From positions 357,306,001-357,370,000 of the forward strand of contig OZ024742.1 in NCBI GenBank assembly GCA_964016885.1: a stretch of 64,000 bases of DNA. The letters are read 5' to 3'. The position numbers and the translations under genes were made by a program. Below, one piece after another: positions 24,991 to 38,349 of this stretch; position 1 is the stretch's first letter; each line of letters starts with the position of its first letter. The notes under the pieces were generated by a model that did not search any database, was not told the origin of the DNA, and saw nothing but the letters and a program-made list of their open reading frames with translations. Source of the stretch: Eledone cirrhosa (Eukaryota).

Positions 24991-27548
24991 GCTATGGGTT
25001 CGGTACTAGAAATGAGGAAGGCTCCAGAATCCTGGAATTCTGCGACGCAAATAACTTAACTATCTGTAACACTAACTTCAAAAAACGAGACAATCACTTG
25101 ATCACCTATAGATCGGGGGAACACACAAGCCAGGTAGATTATATCCTTACCAGAAGACGTGACAGAGTGTCTGTTGTTAACACTAAATCCCTCCCCCATA
25201 AAGAATTCACCTCCCAACATAGACTGATAATTAGCGACCTCATAGTCAGGACGAGACGTACTAGACAGCGGAAGAGGACTATCCTCAGGAGAAAAATATG
25301 GAAGCTAAAGGACCCCATAGCCAGAAATAAATTTCAAAGCATATTACTTGACGCTTTCGACAGTAAGGAAGAGCAATTAGAGTCGTATAATATAGAGGAA
25401 CAGTGGGAATTCCTGAGAGCAAACCTGCTGACGGCGGCAGACGAAGTCTGTGGCTGGAGCAGGCCTGTAGGTAGGAGGAGAGTAACATGGTGGTGGAACA
25501 GTAAGGTGGAGGAGTCAATTAAGGCCAAAAAGCAGGCTTGGAAAGCATGGCGGGATGGGGGAAGTAGAGAAGACTATCAGGTAGCCAGGAGGGAAGCTAG
25601 GAGACAAGTGTACTTCGCAAGAAGGGAAGCAGAGGAAAGAAAGTTCAAGCATGTTCTACAACGTGAGGACCAAAAACGTGAGGTGTTCAGGATTGCCAGG
25701 CAATGTGTCAAGGAAAACCGTGATATTGTCGGGGAGAAGTGTGTGCTTAACGATGATGGCATACTTGCCATCACCGACGCTGATAAGAAGGTAGCTTGGA
25801 AGTGTCACTACGAAAGGCTTCTAAATGAGGAGAACAAATGGGAGAAAGACAGTCTTCCCCACATCGACCCAATAGAGGGACCAGCAGTGTTAGTCCAGGG
25901 TAGTACAATAAGCAAGGCAATCAAAGATATGAAGACGGGTAAGGCGGCTGGTCCTTCGGAAATAGTTGCTGAGATGCTGAAGGCATCTGGTTCGGTGGGA
26001 CACACCATGGTCACCCGGATAGTTAACCAAGTCATACAGAATGGGGTTGTTCCGAAGGACTGGCGTAGCAGCATCATCGTTAACTGCTATAAGGGAAAAG
26101 GAGATGCCCTAGATAGGAGTAACTATAGAGGCATTAAATTAATCGACCAGGTCATGAAGGTCACGGAAAAAGTAATAGCGCAACTAATCAGAGAGAGAAT
26201 TGATCTAGATGAAATGCAGTTCGGATTTGTGTCAGGCAAAAGTACCACAGACGCTCTTTTCATTGTACGACAACTACAGGAGAAGTACCTAGCTAAAAGT
26301 AAACCCCTATACTTAGCTTTCGTCGACTTGGAGAAAGCCTTCGACAGAGTCCCCCGTTCCATTATCTGGTGGTCTCTTAGAAAACTAGGTGTTGACGAAT
26401 GGCTTGTGAGAGCTATACAAGCCATGTATAAAGAAACAGTAAGTAAGGTTAGAATTAACAACGAATATAGTGAAGAGTTTAGCGTAAAAGTTGGTGTCCA
26501 TCAGGGCTCTGTTCTTAGCCCTCTACTATTTATTATTGCCCTTCAGGCTATAACAGAGGAGTTCAAGACCGGCTGCCCATGGGAACTCCTATACGCAGAT
26601 GATCTAACGCTCATAGCTGAATCAATGACCGAACTAGAGAAGAAATTCCAAACATGGAAGCACGGCCTAGAATCAAAAGGCCTTAAAATTAACCTGGCTA
26701 AGACAAAAGTTCTAGTTTGTAGGAAAGAAAATATGGCGGCAGTCCCATCTGGGAAATGGCCATGCTCAGTGTGTAGGAAAGGCGTAGGTAGAAACTCCAT
26801 TTTATGTCCCAAATGCAAAGTATGGGTGCATAAAAGATGTAGTGGGATCACAGGTAAGCTAACTAAGAACATAGATTTTACATGTGGCCGGTGCTCTGGT
26901 GCAATAAGTAGCAGCAAGTGCCCACAAAATACTAGCTCCTTCAACTGCGCAGAGGGTTCTATAGAAATAGTGGACACCTTCCGTTACCTGGGTGACAAAA
27001 TCAGCAGTGGGGGAGGGTGCTTTGAAAGTACAGTAGCTAGAGTCAGAACTGGATTGAAAAAGTTCAGAGAGCTTATACCACTATTAGCTGCTAAAGGGTT
27101 CTCCCTAAAAATGAAAGGTAGGTTATACGATGCCTGCATACGAACAGCAATGCTGCATGGCAGTGAGACCTGGGCATTGTGTGCAGAGGATATACGCAGA
27201 CTAGAGAGGAACGAAGCTTGCATGCTCCGCTGGATGTGCAATAGTAATATACGTGAACGGCAAAGCATAAACGAACTAAGGAAAAAATTAGAAATAAGAG
27301 GGATCAGATGTTGTTTACTCGAGAGAAGGCTACGTTGGTACGGTCACGTGATGCGCATGAAAGACGACAGCTGTATAACAAAGTGCAGGGCAATAAAGAT
27401 AGACGGTAGCCACGGAGTAGGCAGACCCAGAAAAACATGGGACGAGCTGATAAATTCCGACCTCACACGCTTACACCTCTCCAAGACAATGTCACTGGAC
27501 CGAGACCTTTGGCGGTACTCAGTAATAGAGAAGACCCGCCTTACCTAA
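24991..27548 (+). CDS. RTE ORF: partial AP endonuclease, reverse transcriptase with an inserted PHD-type zinc finger, and C-terminal domain
   Basis: RT motifs NYRGIKL, QFGF, AFVDLEKAFDRV, GVHQGSVLSPLLF, LLYADD, FRYLG and RRLRWYGHV. The first 8 residues of the 860-aa track ORF come from the flanking CR1. Confidence 0.95.
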
Positions 27549-28058
27549 ATACAAAGTAAAAACCTACTACAGTCAGTAGGCATCTCTATCAAAACACACC
27601 CCCGTCCCACCACCTCCACCCCACCCACACCGCCCCTTTCAATGTAAAGTTATGTTGGTCCCACAACATCCAGGCCGAAACAAATGAGATCGTGTAGGTG
27701 TCACGACAAAAAACACACAGTCCACGCTGTAAATGTGGCCGTGTAGGCAACACGGTAAAAACCTCCCAGCCCCACACTGTAAATGTGGTTGGTGTTAGGA
27801 AGGGCATCCAGCTGTAGAAAACCCGCCAGACAGTCCACGCTGTAATGTGGCCGTGTAGGCAACACGGTAAAAACCTCCCAGCCCCACACTGTAAATGTGG
27901 TTGGGGTTAGGAAGGGCATCCAGCCATAGAAAACCCGCCAGACAGCCCTATGCGAGCAAGACAACCACTCTTGCCTCAAGTGGGAAAACCCCCATCCAAA
28001 CCCATGCAAGCGTGGAACACGGACGCTAAACCTGATGATGATGATGATGATGATGATG
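24991..28058 (+). mobile_element. RTE-clade non-LTR retrotransposon family A, 5'-truncated, with an intact downstream ORF
   Basis: Starts within the AP-endonuclease (YGFGTRNEEG...SQVDYIL...SQHRLI), followed by RT, 3'UTR and a (GAT)n tail ending at 28058. Confidence 0.96.
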
Positions 28059-28162
28059 TCCCTGATATTCCCCCTCCAAACATGTAGATGTGTGTGTGTG
28101 TCTGTGTGTATATCATAACTCATACACTTTCCTCACTTTTGTACATTATTCTATGTACTATA

Positions 28163-28351
28163 GAGGGCAGTGGATTGGCAGTATTGGTAGAGAGTTGGAC
28201 GCCATGCTTTGTAGCATAGAGTTACGATCCTTGCCATTCTGAGTTCAAATCCCACCGAGGTTAACTTTGTCTTTCATCCTTATGGGGTCGATAAAATAAA
28301 GTACTAGTAATGCACTGGGTAATTGCTGGCCTTGTGCCAACAGTAGAAACA
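28163..28351 (+). mobile_element. SINE family A, full-length copy with an 18-bp target-site duplication
   Basis: attattctatgtactata at 28145-28162 and 28352-28369; A-box-like TGGCAGTATTGG and B-box-like GAGTTCAAATCC. Confidence 0.93.
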
Positions 28352-28786
28352 ATTATTCTATGTACTATACATGCACATTTGGTGAGTGTAATGTACCTGA
28401 GCACTGTATACAATAATTTTAATTATTATATTCCTGGTTTAAGGGTATTGCAAAAGGGTTCTCATTACTAAACTGGTGTTTGGAAAATAAAGCTTCTTCT
28501 AAGAAATGATAAGATTCGTTATATACATGAATACAAACACTTGAAAACAAAGTTTTGTATCCCAGAACAAGAGACAGTTGCAGCTGGCTTGTTATCAAAT
28601 CGTTAAAATTACAACAATCAGAAAATCCCCATTCAAATTCAGTTGCATTTAATCTCAGGTCCCCCCAAATAAGGGAGTGGGAATTGGCAAGGGAACTGGA
28701 ATAAACAGGTGGGTTGGAAAATCAGTAATTTTTCTAGTTTGTCTCCATTTGTTTTTTTAAATCCAGATTAGTCGTTTAGTTTACAT

Positions 28787-30984
28787 AAGGAAAACCGTGA
28801 TATTGTTGGGGAGAAGTGTGTACTAAATGATGATGGCATACTCGCCATCACTGACGCTGATAAGAAGGTCGCTTGGAAGTGTCACTACGAGAGGCTACTA
28901 AATGAGGAGAATAAATGGGAGAAGGATAGTCTCCCCCAGATCGATCCAATAGAGGGACCAGCAGTGTTAGTTGAAGGTAGTATAATAAGTAAGGCAATCA
29001 AAGATATGAAGACGGGTAAGGCGGCTGGGCCTTCGGAAATAGTTGCTGAGATGCTGAAGGCCTCTGGAACGGTGGGACACACCATGGTCACCCGGATAGT
29101 AAACCAAGTCATACAGAATGGGGTTGTTCCGAAGGACTGGCATAGCAGCATCATCATTAACTGTTACAAGGGTAAAGGAGACGCCCTAGATAGGAGTAAC
29201 TATAGAGGCATTAAATTAATCGACCAGGTCATGAAGGTCACGGAAAAAGTAATAGTGCAACTAATCACAGAGAGAATCGATCTAGATGAAATGCAGTTCG
29301 GGTTTGTGTCAGGCAAAAGTACCACAGACGCTCTTTTCATTGTACGACAACTACAGGAGAAGTACCTAGCTAAAAGTAAACCCCTATACTTAGCTTTTGT
29401 TGACTTGGAGAAAGCCTTCGACAGAGTCCCCCGTTCCATTATTTGGTGGGCTCTTAGAAAACTAGGTGTTGACGAATGGCTTGTGAGAGCTATACAAGCC
29501 CAATTATAAAGAAACAGTCAGCAAGGTTAGAATTAACAACGAATATAGTGAAGAGTTTAGCGTAAAAGTTGGTGTCCATCAGAGCTCTGTTCTTAGCCCC
29601 CTACTATTTATTATTGCCCTTCAGGCTATAACAGAGGAGTTCAAGACCGGCTGCCCATGGGAACTCCTATACGCAGATGATCTAATGCTCATAGCTGAAT
29701 TAATGGCCGAGCTAGAGAAGAAATTCCAAACATGGAAGCACGGCCTAGAATCAAAAGGCCTTAAAATTAACCTGGCTAAGACTAAAGTTCTAGTTTGTAG
29801 GAAAGAAAATAAGGCGCCGGTCCCTTCCGGGAAATGGCCATGCTCAGTGTGTAGGAAAGGCGTAGGTAGAAACTCCATTTTATGTCCCAAATGCAAAGTA
29901 TGGGTGCATAAAAGATGTAGTGGGATCACAGGTAAGCTAACTAAGAACACAGATTTTACATGTGGCCGGTGCTCTGGTGCAATAAGTAGCAGCAAGTGCC
30001 CACAAAATACTAGCTCTTTCAATTGCGCAGAAGGTTCTATAGAAATAGTGGACACCTTCCGTTACCTGGGTGACAAAATCAGCAGTGGGGGAGGGTGCTC
30101 TGAAAGTACAGTAGCTAGAGTCAGAACTGGATGGAAAAAGTTCAGAGAGCTTATACCACTATTAGCCGCTAAAGGGTTCTCCCTAAAAATGAAAGGCAGG
30201 TTGTATGATGCCTGCATACGAACAGCAATGTTGCATGGCAGTGAGACCTGGGCATTGTGTGCAGAGGATATACGCAGACTAGAGAGAAACAAAGCTTGCA
30301 TGCTCCGCTGGATGCGTAATAGTAATATACGCGAACGGCAAAGCATAAACGAACTAAGGAAAAAATTAGAAATAAGAGGGATCAGATGTTGTTTACTCGA
30401 GAGAAGGCTACGTTGGTATGGTCACGTGATGCGCATGAAAGACGACAGCTGTATAGCAAAATGCAGGGCAATAAAGATAGACGGTAGCCACGGAGTAGGC
30501 AGACCCAGAAAAACCTGGGACAAGCTGATAAATTCCGACCTCACACACTTACACCTCTCCAAGACAATGTCACTGGACCGAGACCTTTGGCGGTACTCAG
30601 TAATAGAGAAGACCCGCCTTACCTAAATACAAAATACACCCCTGTCCCACCACCCCCACCACATCCACACCACCCCTTTCAATGTAAAGTTATGTTGGTA
30701 CCACAAAATCCAGGCCAAAACAAATGAGATTGTGTAGGTCTCACGACAAAAAAAAACACACAGTCCACGCTGTAAATGTGGCCGTGTAGGCAACACGGTA
30801 AAAACCTCCGAGCCCCACACTGTAAATGTGGTTGGTGTTAGGAAGGGCATCCAACTGTAGAAAACCCGCCAGACAGTCCTATGCGAGCAAGACAACCACT
30901 CTTGCCTCAAGTGGGAAAACTCCCGTCCAAACCCATGCAAGCGTGGAACATGGACGTTAAACGATGATGATGGATGATGATGAT
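28787..30984 (+). mobile_element. Second RTE family A copy, 5'-truncated, frameshifted near 29500
   Basis: Highly similar to 25710-28058. ORF pieces at 28964-29509 and 29685-30626; caagcccaattataaa replaces caagccatgtataaa. Confidence 0.95.
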
Positions 30985-31377
30985 TGAGACCCCCAACCCA
31001 TCCTATTTATTTTATAACATATGGGATTTCTTGTAATGTACTTTTGTGTCATATATAATGTTTTTTAATGTATAAAGAAAATTAATTGATGCAGCAATGA
31101 TACCATTTAAAATGAAATTTCACTGGACATAAGATTAATAAAATTGAATAAGTGTGGGGTAAGAGGGTGGTGGGACAAACTGAATAATTGATGACTAGGT
31201 GAGGGGACAATTATTGGAGACCCTAGACTACTAATAAAGATAACTGTTATGAGAAGGAGCAAAATATGATTATGTAAATATAAACTATTTTTACTATCAA
31301 GGTAAAGTAGATATAAGGTTGTTTATTGAATACAGTTGAGATTTTTCACTGCTGCTGATAATTTGGTGTCTGGATGA

Positions 31378-31610
31378 ATCATCATCATCATCATTTTATT
31401 TATGTTTGATATTCCACACTTGCATGGGTTGGATGGGTCCTTTTCAGCATAGCATTCCTTCTCTCATCTTCTTCCTTTGTCATCTGCTCTGCGAGTTTCA
31501 GTGATTTGATATCAGCTCTCACCCCATCAGTCCAGATCTTCCTTGTTCGACCTCTACTGCAGCTTCATTCCAATGGGATTACTTGGCACTTCTTCACCCA
31601 GCAGTCATCA
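31378..31610 (-). mobile_element. Degenerate RTE 3' fragment
   Basis: Antisense RGRTRKIW-type C-terminus with a (GAT)n tail; similar to 22660-23023. Confidence 0.65.
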
Positions 31611-32218
31611 TACATGTGTGAGCCTTGTGAGCTGGAATATCTCTTCCAATGTGTCTCCCTCTCCATCCTCTGTGGGAAACCCCTTCTCTATTCTGTCTGC
31701 TGGGGTTGCGAGGCAGCCAGAACTTTGGCTCACATTTGATTATGATAGTGAGAGATGGAGAGAGACAGAGGCATTGAGTGAAAGAGAGCGAATATCAACA
31801 CTTATTTATTGATTTGTATTTACCTGTATTTTGATATTTAACAGACCAACTATCAAAACTATATGTCTATCAAGTCTGTTACCTGGAAATATGTTCCAGC
31901 TTTTGATCATAGAGATATTAGCAGCAATAAGATTAATCATATTAACAAATCATTGTTTATTCATTTAATACATCACATATCCACACCAGCATAGTGTTCT
32001 CTCCTACATATTGTATTATATCAGAATCCTCTTATACACAGCTTTTCTTTCAGTGCATCTATGCTTTGTCTTTTGTGTATATTAACATTATATATCTATT
32101 GTTCTAGTCATGTAGATGTCATTTCTATATGAAATACATATGTAACTTCTCTACTAATGTATCTAACACCTTAGTTAACAGTGTTTCTCATCTGTTCTTC
32201 TTCAGAAAACCATTCTTA

Positions 32219-32410
32219 ATAATTGTTTCTACTTTTGGCACAAGGCCAGCAATTACCCAGTGTATCACTGGTACTTTATTTTATCGACCCCGTAAGGATG
32301 AAAGGCAAAGTTAACCTCGACGGGATTTGAACTCAGACCGTAAAGGGACATAACTATGCTGGAAAGCATGGTGTCCGACTCTCTACCGAGACTGCCAATC
32401 CACTGCCCTT
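32219..32410 (-). mobile_element. SINE family A, full-length copy
   Basis: Reverse-complement match to 28163-28351 from the head (agggcagtggattggcag) to the tail. Confidence 0.9.
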
Positions 32411-33591
32411 TTAATAATAACATGTATACATAGCTATATTTATGTGTAACTGTTTGTCTCCATGAGTACCTATATTTACCTGATATAAAAAGCATAACAC
32501 ATATACATAGATATATGTGTTTTTGTATCTGGTGTAAAAAGCATATCACACATAGTTAGATAGATATGTTTGTGTATCTAGTGTAAAAAGCATAATATAT
32601 ATATCATCATCATCATCACCGGTTTACGTCCGTGCTTCCACGCTAGCATGGGTTATATATAGATATATATATATATGTTTGTGTTTGTACTTTATTTATG
32701 TGTTGTGTTTAACTGGTGTAAAAAAACATAATTTAACCATTTTATAAATATAGATCAATATAATAATTAACCTAGTAAAATAAATAATGAGGTTGAAATG
32801 TTCAAGTAAAATCCTCTTGAAGGCTGTTCCTTCAAAGACTAAAACAAATACACCATAAAAGCTAAAAATCATATGACTGACCTCTCTTGCATAATGATTC
32901 CTACAGACAAGGTGATCAATACAAATCAATGCAAATCAATTTGGTGTTATTGTCAAAGTCCTTTCATAACAGAAATATTTTCTAATCAATGAATCATTTC
33001 TGACAAAGGATAATATATCTGTGACCCTTTCATTACTATATTGCTAATGAAAGACACTGCCTAAGATTTTCATATCATTTTGTAAATAATCAAGAATTTA
33101 AGGAGATTCAGTAATATAACTTCTTACATGAAATTATGAGGGAAGGTTTTGAGATAAACATAAACACTTAAAAACAACCAGCTTTGTATCATAGTATAAG
33201 GGAAGCATTTATGTGGTTTGATAATCATCATCACTGTTTAACACATATCACCCATGCTTGCAAGGGTTAGGGTTTAAAATAAATACAGACACTCAGCAAA
33301 TATTCAGATATAGATATAAGGATAACAAGAATATGGGGTTTGAAAACTAAGAATTCCCATAATAACAGTTTGTAATTTAGGCACAAGACCAGCAATTTGT
33401 GGAAAGGGGTACAAATAAACTAAAAACGTCTTAAAAGCTCATCCAAATTGCTTCCTTAATCAAACACATTATTACATTCCAAAAACACTATACTAATAGC
33501 AACACTGTCAATGGTATAGTAAAAACTTGCATAAAACTGTTGAAAATATGACAACAACAACAACAATGGTAATGATAATAATTATAGTAAT

Positions 33592-33980
33592 AATAATTGT
33601 TTCTACGTTAGGCACAAGGCCAGCAATTACCCAGTGCATTACTGGTACTTTATTTTATCGACCCCATAAGGATGAAAGGCAAAGTTAACCTTTGAACTTA
33701 GAATGGCAAGGGCCGTAACTCAATATGTCAAAGCATGGCGTCCGACCCTCTCCCAATACTGCCAATCCACATAATGATTTCTAGTATAGGCACTAAGCAA
33801 GTAATTTTTGTTTTCTTTTTTTGGGGTGGGTGTGGGGGTCGATTAAATCAACCCCAGTACATTATTGGTGCTTTATTTTATCAACCCTGTAATGGAAGGC
33901 AAAGTTAACCTCAATGGGATTTGAACTCAGACCATAAAGGACCATAACTCTATGCTGCAAAGCATGGCATCCGACTCTAC
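33592..33980 (-). mobile_element. Two adjacent SINE family A-related copies (33592-33770, 33775-33980)
   Basis: Shared core ...ggcaaagttaacct...gaact. The second copy has a different 3' part (gggtcgattaaatcaacccc). Confidence 0.8.
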
Positions 33981-34359
33981 TGTAGGGTGAATGACAGCCT
34001 GGCTGATAAAACACAGCAGTACGTGAGAAAAGGAGAAATATCTCATAACATCACCAAAGAAACAATTTTAACAAATTTAAGACACCAGTCAATAGTGATA
34101 TTTCTCAGACCTCCCAGTAAGTTCAACTAATACATATTTTATGTCTTCCTTGGCTTCAGAAACAACAGAACATCAAAACAAAGCCAAATAAAAGAACTGC
34201 TGATACCTCCATTCTCTCACTATAAGAAAAAGAATATAACAACAGATCAACACAGCAAATGAGATTAAAAAGCAATATCTGACAGAATAAAATTTATGAT
34301 GAATGAAGTAGAATAAGTTTAATATAATTTCGATATGAATCACATGTAGGATATCTGTC

Positions 34360-35050
34360 AAAAGTAGTGTATTCTGGAAGGGGTTAACCCCTTACAAAAT
34401 ATCTTCATCAGAACAGTGTACTCTGGAAGGGGTTAATCCCTAACAAAATATCTTCATCAGAACAGTGTACTCTGGAAGGGGTTAATCCCTAACAAAATAT
34501 CTTCATCAAAACAGTGTACTGTCAAAAGGTTAATCCCTAACAAACTCTCTTCATCAAAACAGTGTACTGTCAAAAGGTTAATCCCTAACAAACTCTCTTC
34601 ATCAAAACAGTGTACTGTCAAAAGGTTAATCCCTAACAAACTCTCTTCATCAAAACAGTGTACTGTCAAAAGGTTAATCGCTAACAAACTCTCTTCATCA
34701 AAACAGTGTACTGTCAAAGAGTTGATCCCTAACAATATATCTTCATCAAAACAATGTACTCCCAAAGGGTTAATCCCTAATAAAAAACTTCATCAAAACA
34801 GTGTAGTGTCAAAGGGTTGATCCCTAATAAAATATCTTCATCAAAACAGTGTACTGTCAATGGGTTAACCCCTAACAAACTCTCTTCATCAAAACAGTGT
34901 ACTCTGGAAGGGGTTGATTCCTAACAAAATGTTTTCATCAAAACAGTTTACTGTCAAAGAGTTGATCCCTAATAAAATATCTTCATCAAAACAGTGTACT
35001 CTCAAAGGGTTGATCCCTAATAAACTATCTTCATCAAAACAGTGTACTGG
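34360..35050. repeat. 48/49-bp minisatellite, about 14 copies
   Basis: Unit aacagtgtactgtcaaaaggttaatccctaacaaactctcttcatcaa. It produces the 16-aa repeat in the spurious ORF 34457-34765. Confidence 0.93.
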
Positions 35051-35302
35051 ACCTGATATCTAGCTTGATAACTTCCTACTGTATGGAAGGGACCTCTGTC
35101 AATTTCAATAATAAGTATTTCAATTGTTCAAGCTCATAAAATTAATATGTAAGTGACTGAGCATTCCACAGACACTTGTACCTTTAACAGAATTCTCAGG
35201 GAGATTCAACATGACATGGTGTGTGACACCATTGAATTGCAGGTACAACATATGTGGCAGGCTTCCAAAAATATTTCCCTTTTGCTATTTTCAGTCCTGG
35301 AA

Positions 35303-35594
35303 AGGGCCGGATTTAGACCTTGGGAATCCAGGGCACTTCAGATTTGGGGGTCCCTTATACAGAACAAATTAGAATACACAGCAAACCCCCCAATTTTACA
35401 TATCAAAGTTATCTTGTCACAATTAATTGGAATTGAAAAGTTATACATACAGTTATTAAATTAAAAAGGTTAACCATTCTAAAACTAAAAGCCCAGCTGG
35501 AGGTACGAATAAATTGCTACAGCCGTTACTGGTGGGGTCCCCCACTGCAGGGGACTAGGGCAATTGCCTCCTTTGCTCCCCATTAAATCCAGCT
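35303..35594. mobile_element. Possible degenerate hAT-like MITE (partial relative at about 16387-16480)
   Basis: Imperfect terminal inverted repeat gggccggattta ... taaatccagct; the left part recurs at 16387. Confidence 0.4.
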
Positions 35595-35610
35595 AAGACC
35601 TGAAACTATG

Positions 35611-35839
35611 TTAACCCTTTAACATTTACAGTAGTTTATATATGCTATTATACTTTCATGTTAAAGGCTTTACCTCACATAATTATCCCACATAATATCA
35701 AATCTATGAGATTTTGATATTATTTATTTTGAGAACAATATCTTAACATTAGTATGAGCGGCACATTACAGCTGGTTTGAATGGAAAGAGGTGATAGAAT
35801 TATGGCTGGATACAGCCGGTTTAAATGCTAAAAGGTTAA
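35611..35839. mobile_element. piggyBac-like MITE with TTAA target duplication
   Basis: TTAA-CCCTTTAACATTTA ... TAAATGCTAAAAGG-TTAA. A partial inverted relative lies at about 51140-51330 (ends taaatgctagagggTTAA). Confidence 0.75.
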
Positions 35840-36009
35840 ATATCACTTTCCTATGAAGCCATGCTGTGGGATTGAAACCGGGACCTTATTAATTATTGTT
35901 AAGTGAACATAGTAGCAACATATAGCAGATAGAAATTATCTGATGAAGTAAAGCAAAGAAGATAGATATAACAAGAGAGGACATATGGATCAGATGATAG
36001 CTCCCATCA

Positions 36010-36290
36010 CTTTTGGACACATATTTTCACTCTCAGAGTTGCTGAATCATGGAATAAACTCCCTGCATCAGTTGTTAGTTGTTGGGACACAGCTAAAACC
36101 TCCTTGCTTCACAAAATTCGTCAATACCACACCTGATATTCCCCCTCCATACACACACATGCACTGCTCACTTTCCTGACTTTTGTACATTATTCTATGT
36201 ACTATACATGCACCTTTGATAAGTTGTAGTGCACCCGAGCACTGTACACAATACATTTTCATTATTATTATATTTATTATTATTATTATT
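36010..36290 (+). mobile_element. CR1-like LINE 3' end with (ATT)n tail
   Basis: Homologous to 19755-20040. Confidence 0.75.
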
Positions 36291-36297
36291 ATTAAGT

Positions 36298-36535
36298 TAA
36301 TCCCGCCGAGGTTAACTTTGCCTTTCATCGGTGGATTGGCAGTATTGGTAGAGGGTCGGACACTATGCTTTGATGCATAGAGTTACGCCCCTTGCCATTC
36401 TGAGTTCAAATAACGCCAAGGTTATCTTTGCCTTTTATCCTTACGGGGCCAATAAAATAAAGTACCAGTAATGTACTGGGTAATTGCTGGCCTTGTGCCA
36501 AAAGTAGAAACTATTATTATTATTATTATTATTAT
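36298..36535 (+). mobile_element. SINE family A copy (36330-36511) preceded by a 32-bp duplicate of its own internal segment, within (ATT)n
   Basis: tcccgccgaggttaactttgcctttcatc directly precedes ggtggattggcagtattgg; (ATT)n on both sides. Confidence 0.85.
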
Positions 36536-36949
36536 TAAATGATTTACTCTTTGAAGGTCAGAACTATTCAGAAATTATTTTAGAGAGTGTTTAATTATAG
36601 GCCATTCACTTCTTCTTTAAAACTTTTCATTTACAGAATCTAATAATAATTATAAAGCTTTTAACCCTCTCCCTCTCTCCAAATGTAGACATCCCTCCTA
36701 TTATTGATAAAAAGCTACTAGCATTTAAAGATGAGCTAAAAGAGGAATGGTCACAAGTTCAGATGGAATATCTAATTTAATCTTCACTGACACATGGTGT
36801 GTAATTCAAGAAATAGAGCTAAAATTATTTTAATCGTATAATTAAATTTCAACATCAACCAGATATATGGAAATTCAACCTTACTTTAGTAATACCCAAA
36901 CATTGTCTAATAGTGCCACTATGCAGGCTAACTAAAATGTAAAAAAAAT

Positions 36950-37520
36950 ATTGCCCAGCCCACACTGTAAAGTAGTCTTGTAGGTGGCAGGACTAAAAAC
37001 ACCCAGCCTACACTGTAAAGCGGTCATGTAAATGTCACAGCAAAAAGCACTCAGCCCACACTGTAAAGTGGTCATGTAAGTATCACAACAAAAAGCACCC
37101 AGCCTACACTGTAAAGTGGTCATGTAAGTATCACAACAAAAAGCACCCAGCCTACACTGTAAAGTGGTCATGTAAGTATCACAACAAAAAGCACCCAGCC
37201 TACACTGTAAAGTGGTCATGTAAGTATCACAACAAAAAGCACCCAGCCTACACTGTAAAGTGGTCATGTAAGTATCACAACAAAAAGCACCCAGCCTACA
37301 CTGTAAAGTGGTCATGTAAGTGTCACAACAAAACGCACCCAGTACACTATGTAAATGTGGTTGGCATTAGGAAATGCATCCAGCCATAGAAACCTAGGCA
37401 GACAGTTCTATATGAGCAAGATATTGTCACTAACCCAAATTATCTCTAATGGGACAATCCATCTAACTTATGCTAACATGGAAAAACGAAGTTAAACAAT
37501 GATGATAATGATGATGATAT
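36950..37520 (+). repeat. RTE 3'UTR fragment whose 48-bp module is expanded to about 8 tandem copies (36950-37350), followed by the RTE tail
   Basis: Unit cccagcctacactgtaaagtggtcatgtaagtatcacaacaaaaagca, then gtaaatgtggttggcattaggaaatgcatccagcc and a (GAT)n tail. Confidence 0.9.
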
Positions 37521-37837
37521 CATTAACCTAGCTCAAAATTAAATTATTTCAATCATATTATACAATAAACAACTCAATTCATTATACACGCTAAAATCTA
37601 TATTTTACAGAGCTTCATTTATACAAATTATATTTAGGTAGCGTGGAAGAACGGACGTAAAACGGTGATGATGATGATATATCAGATACCAAGAACACAA
37701 GTAAAGAATATATTTAAGGTAAAACAATTTTACTCACAATATGTAGAAACGTTAAATTAGTTATGTACTAGAATAAATTTGTTAATAAGTGTATGTAAAA
37801 ACAACATACCATGGTATATATATATATGAATGAATCT

Positions 37838-37965
37838 AGATGCAGTTATAGCTGTGTGGTTAAAAAGTTTGCTTCACAGCCACGTGGTTTTATGTCTGGT
37901 CAAACTATGTGTCATTTTAGGCATGGGTTTTCTACTATATCATCAGACTGACCCCATGTGAGTGA
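37838..37965 (+). mobile_element. Degenerate tRNA-SINE head (third family)
   Basis: tagctgtgtggttaaaaagtttgcttcacagccacgtggtt is a tRNA-like head; an antisense relative lies at about 15220-15290. Confidence 0.45.
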
Positions 37966-38349
37966 AAGTTTGTTTACAACAAACAACCTCTCATATATGT
38001 ATATGAGTATGTGTTTGTCTTCATGTTGGCATTACTTTACTTTTAACGTCCTGTACCATATGAAAACATATTAGTAAAACATTCTTAAATAGTATAAAAT
38101 TACACTACACCTTCATCACTTTATAAACTAAAACCATTACTGAAATACTTCAAATGTTTGCAATGATCTGTCCCACAATAATGATACTATATATATATTT
38201 GAATTAACAAACCCATTTTGGGGATAATTTCTACTGGATCATTACAGTATTTATTTAATGAAGTTAAATCTCCAAATAAAGCTAGTAAGCCGTGACAGAG
38301 TAGGATAAGTATCTAGTCCTCTTTACAATTAAAAAAACAAGATATACTT

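Noticed and set aside
24991-25100. HDV-like ribozyme expected at RTE 5' ends
   Set aside because: All RTE copies here are 5'-truncated within the ORF, so no 5'UTR is present to examine.
25285-27268. Antisense ORFs overlapping the RTE copies (also 28885-30346, 46892-48007)
   Set aside because: These are shadow ORFs of the RT coding strand, repeated only because the element is repeated.
32882-34219. Possible minus-strand micro-exons (32882-32900, 34207-34219) with AG/GT boundaries
   Set aside because: Splice-like dinucleotides are frequent by chance in AT-rich DNA, and I could not assemble a coherent or recognisable protein. RNA-seq would be needed.
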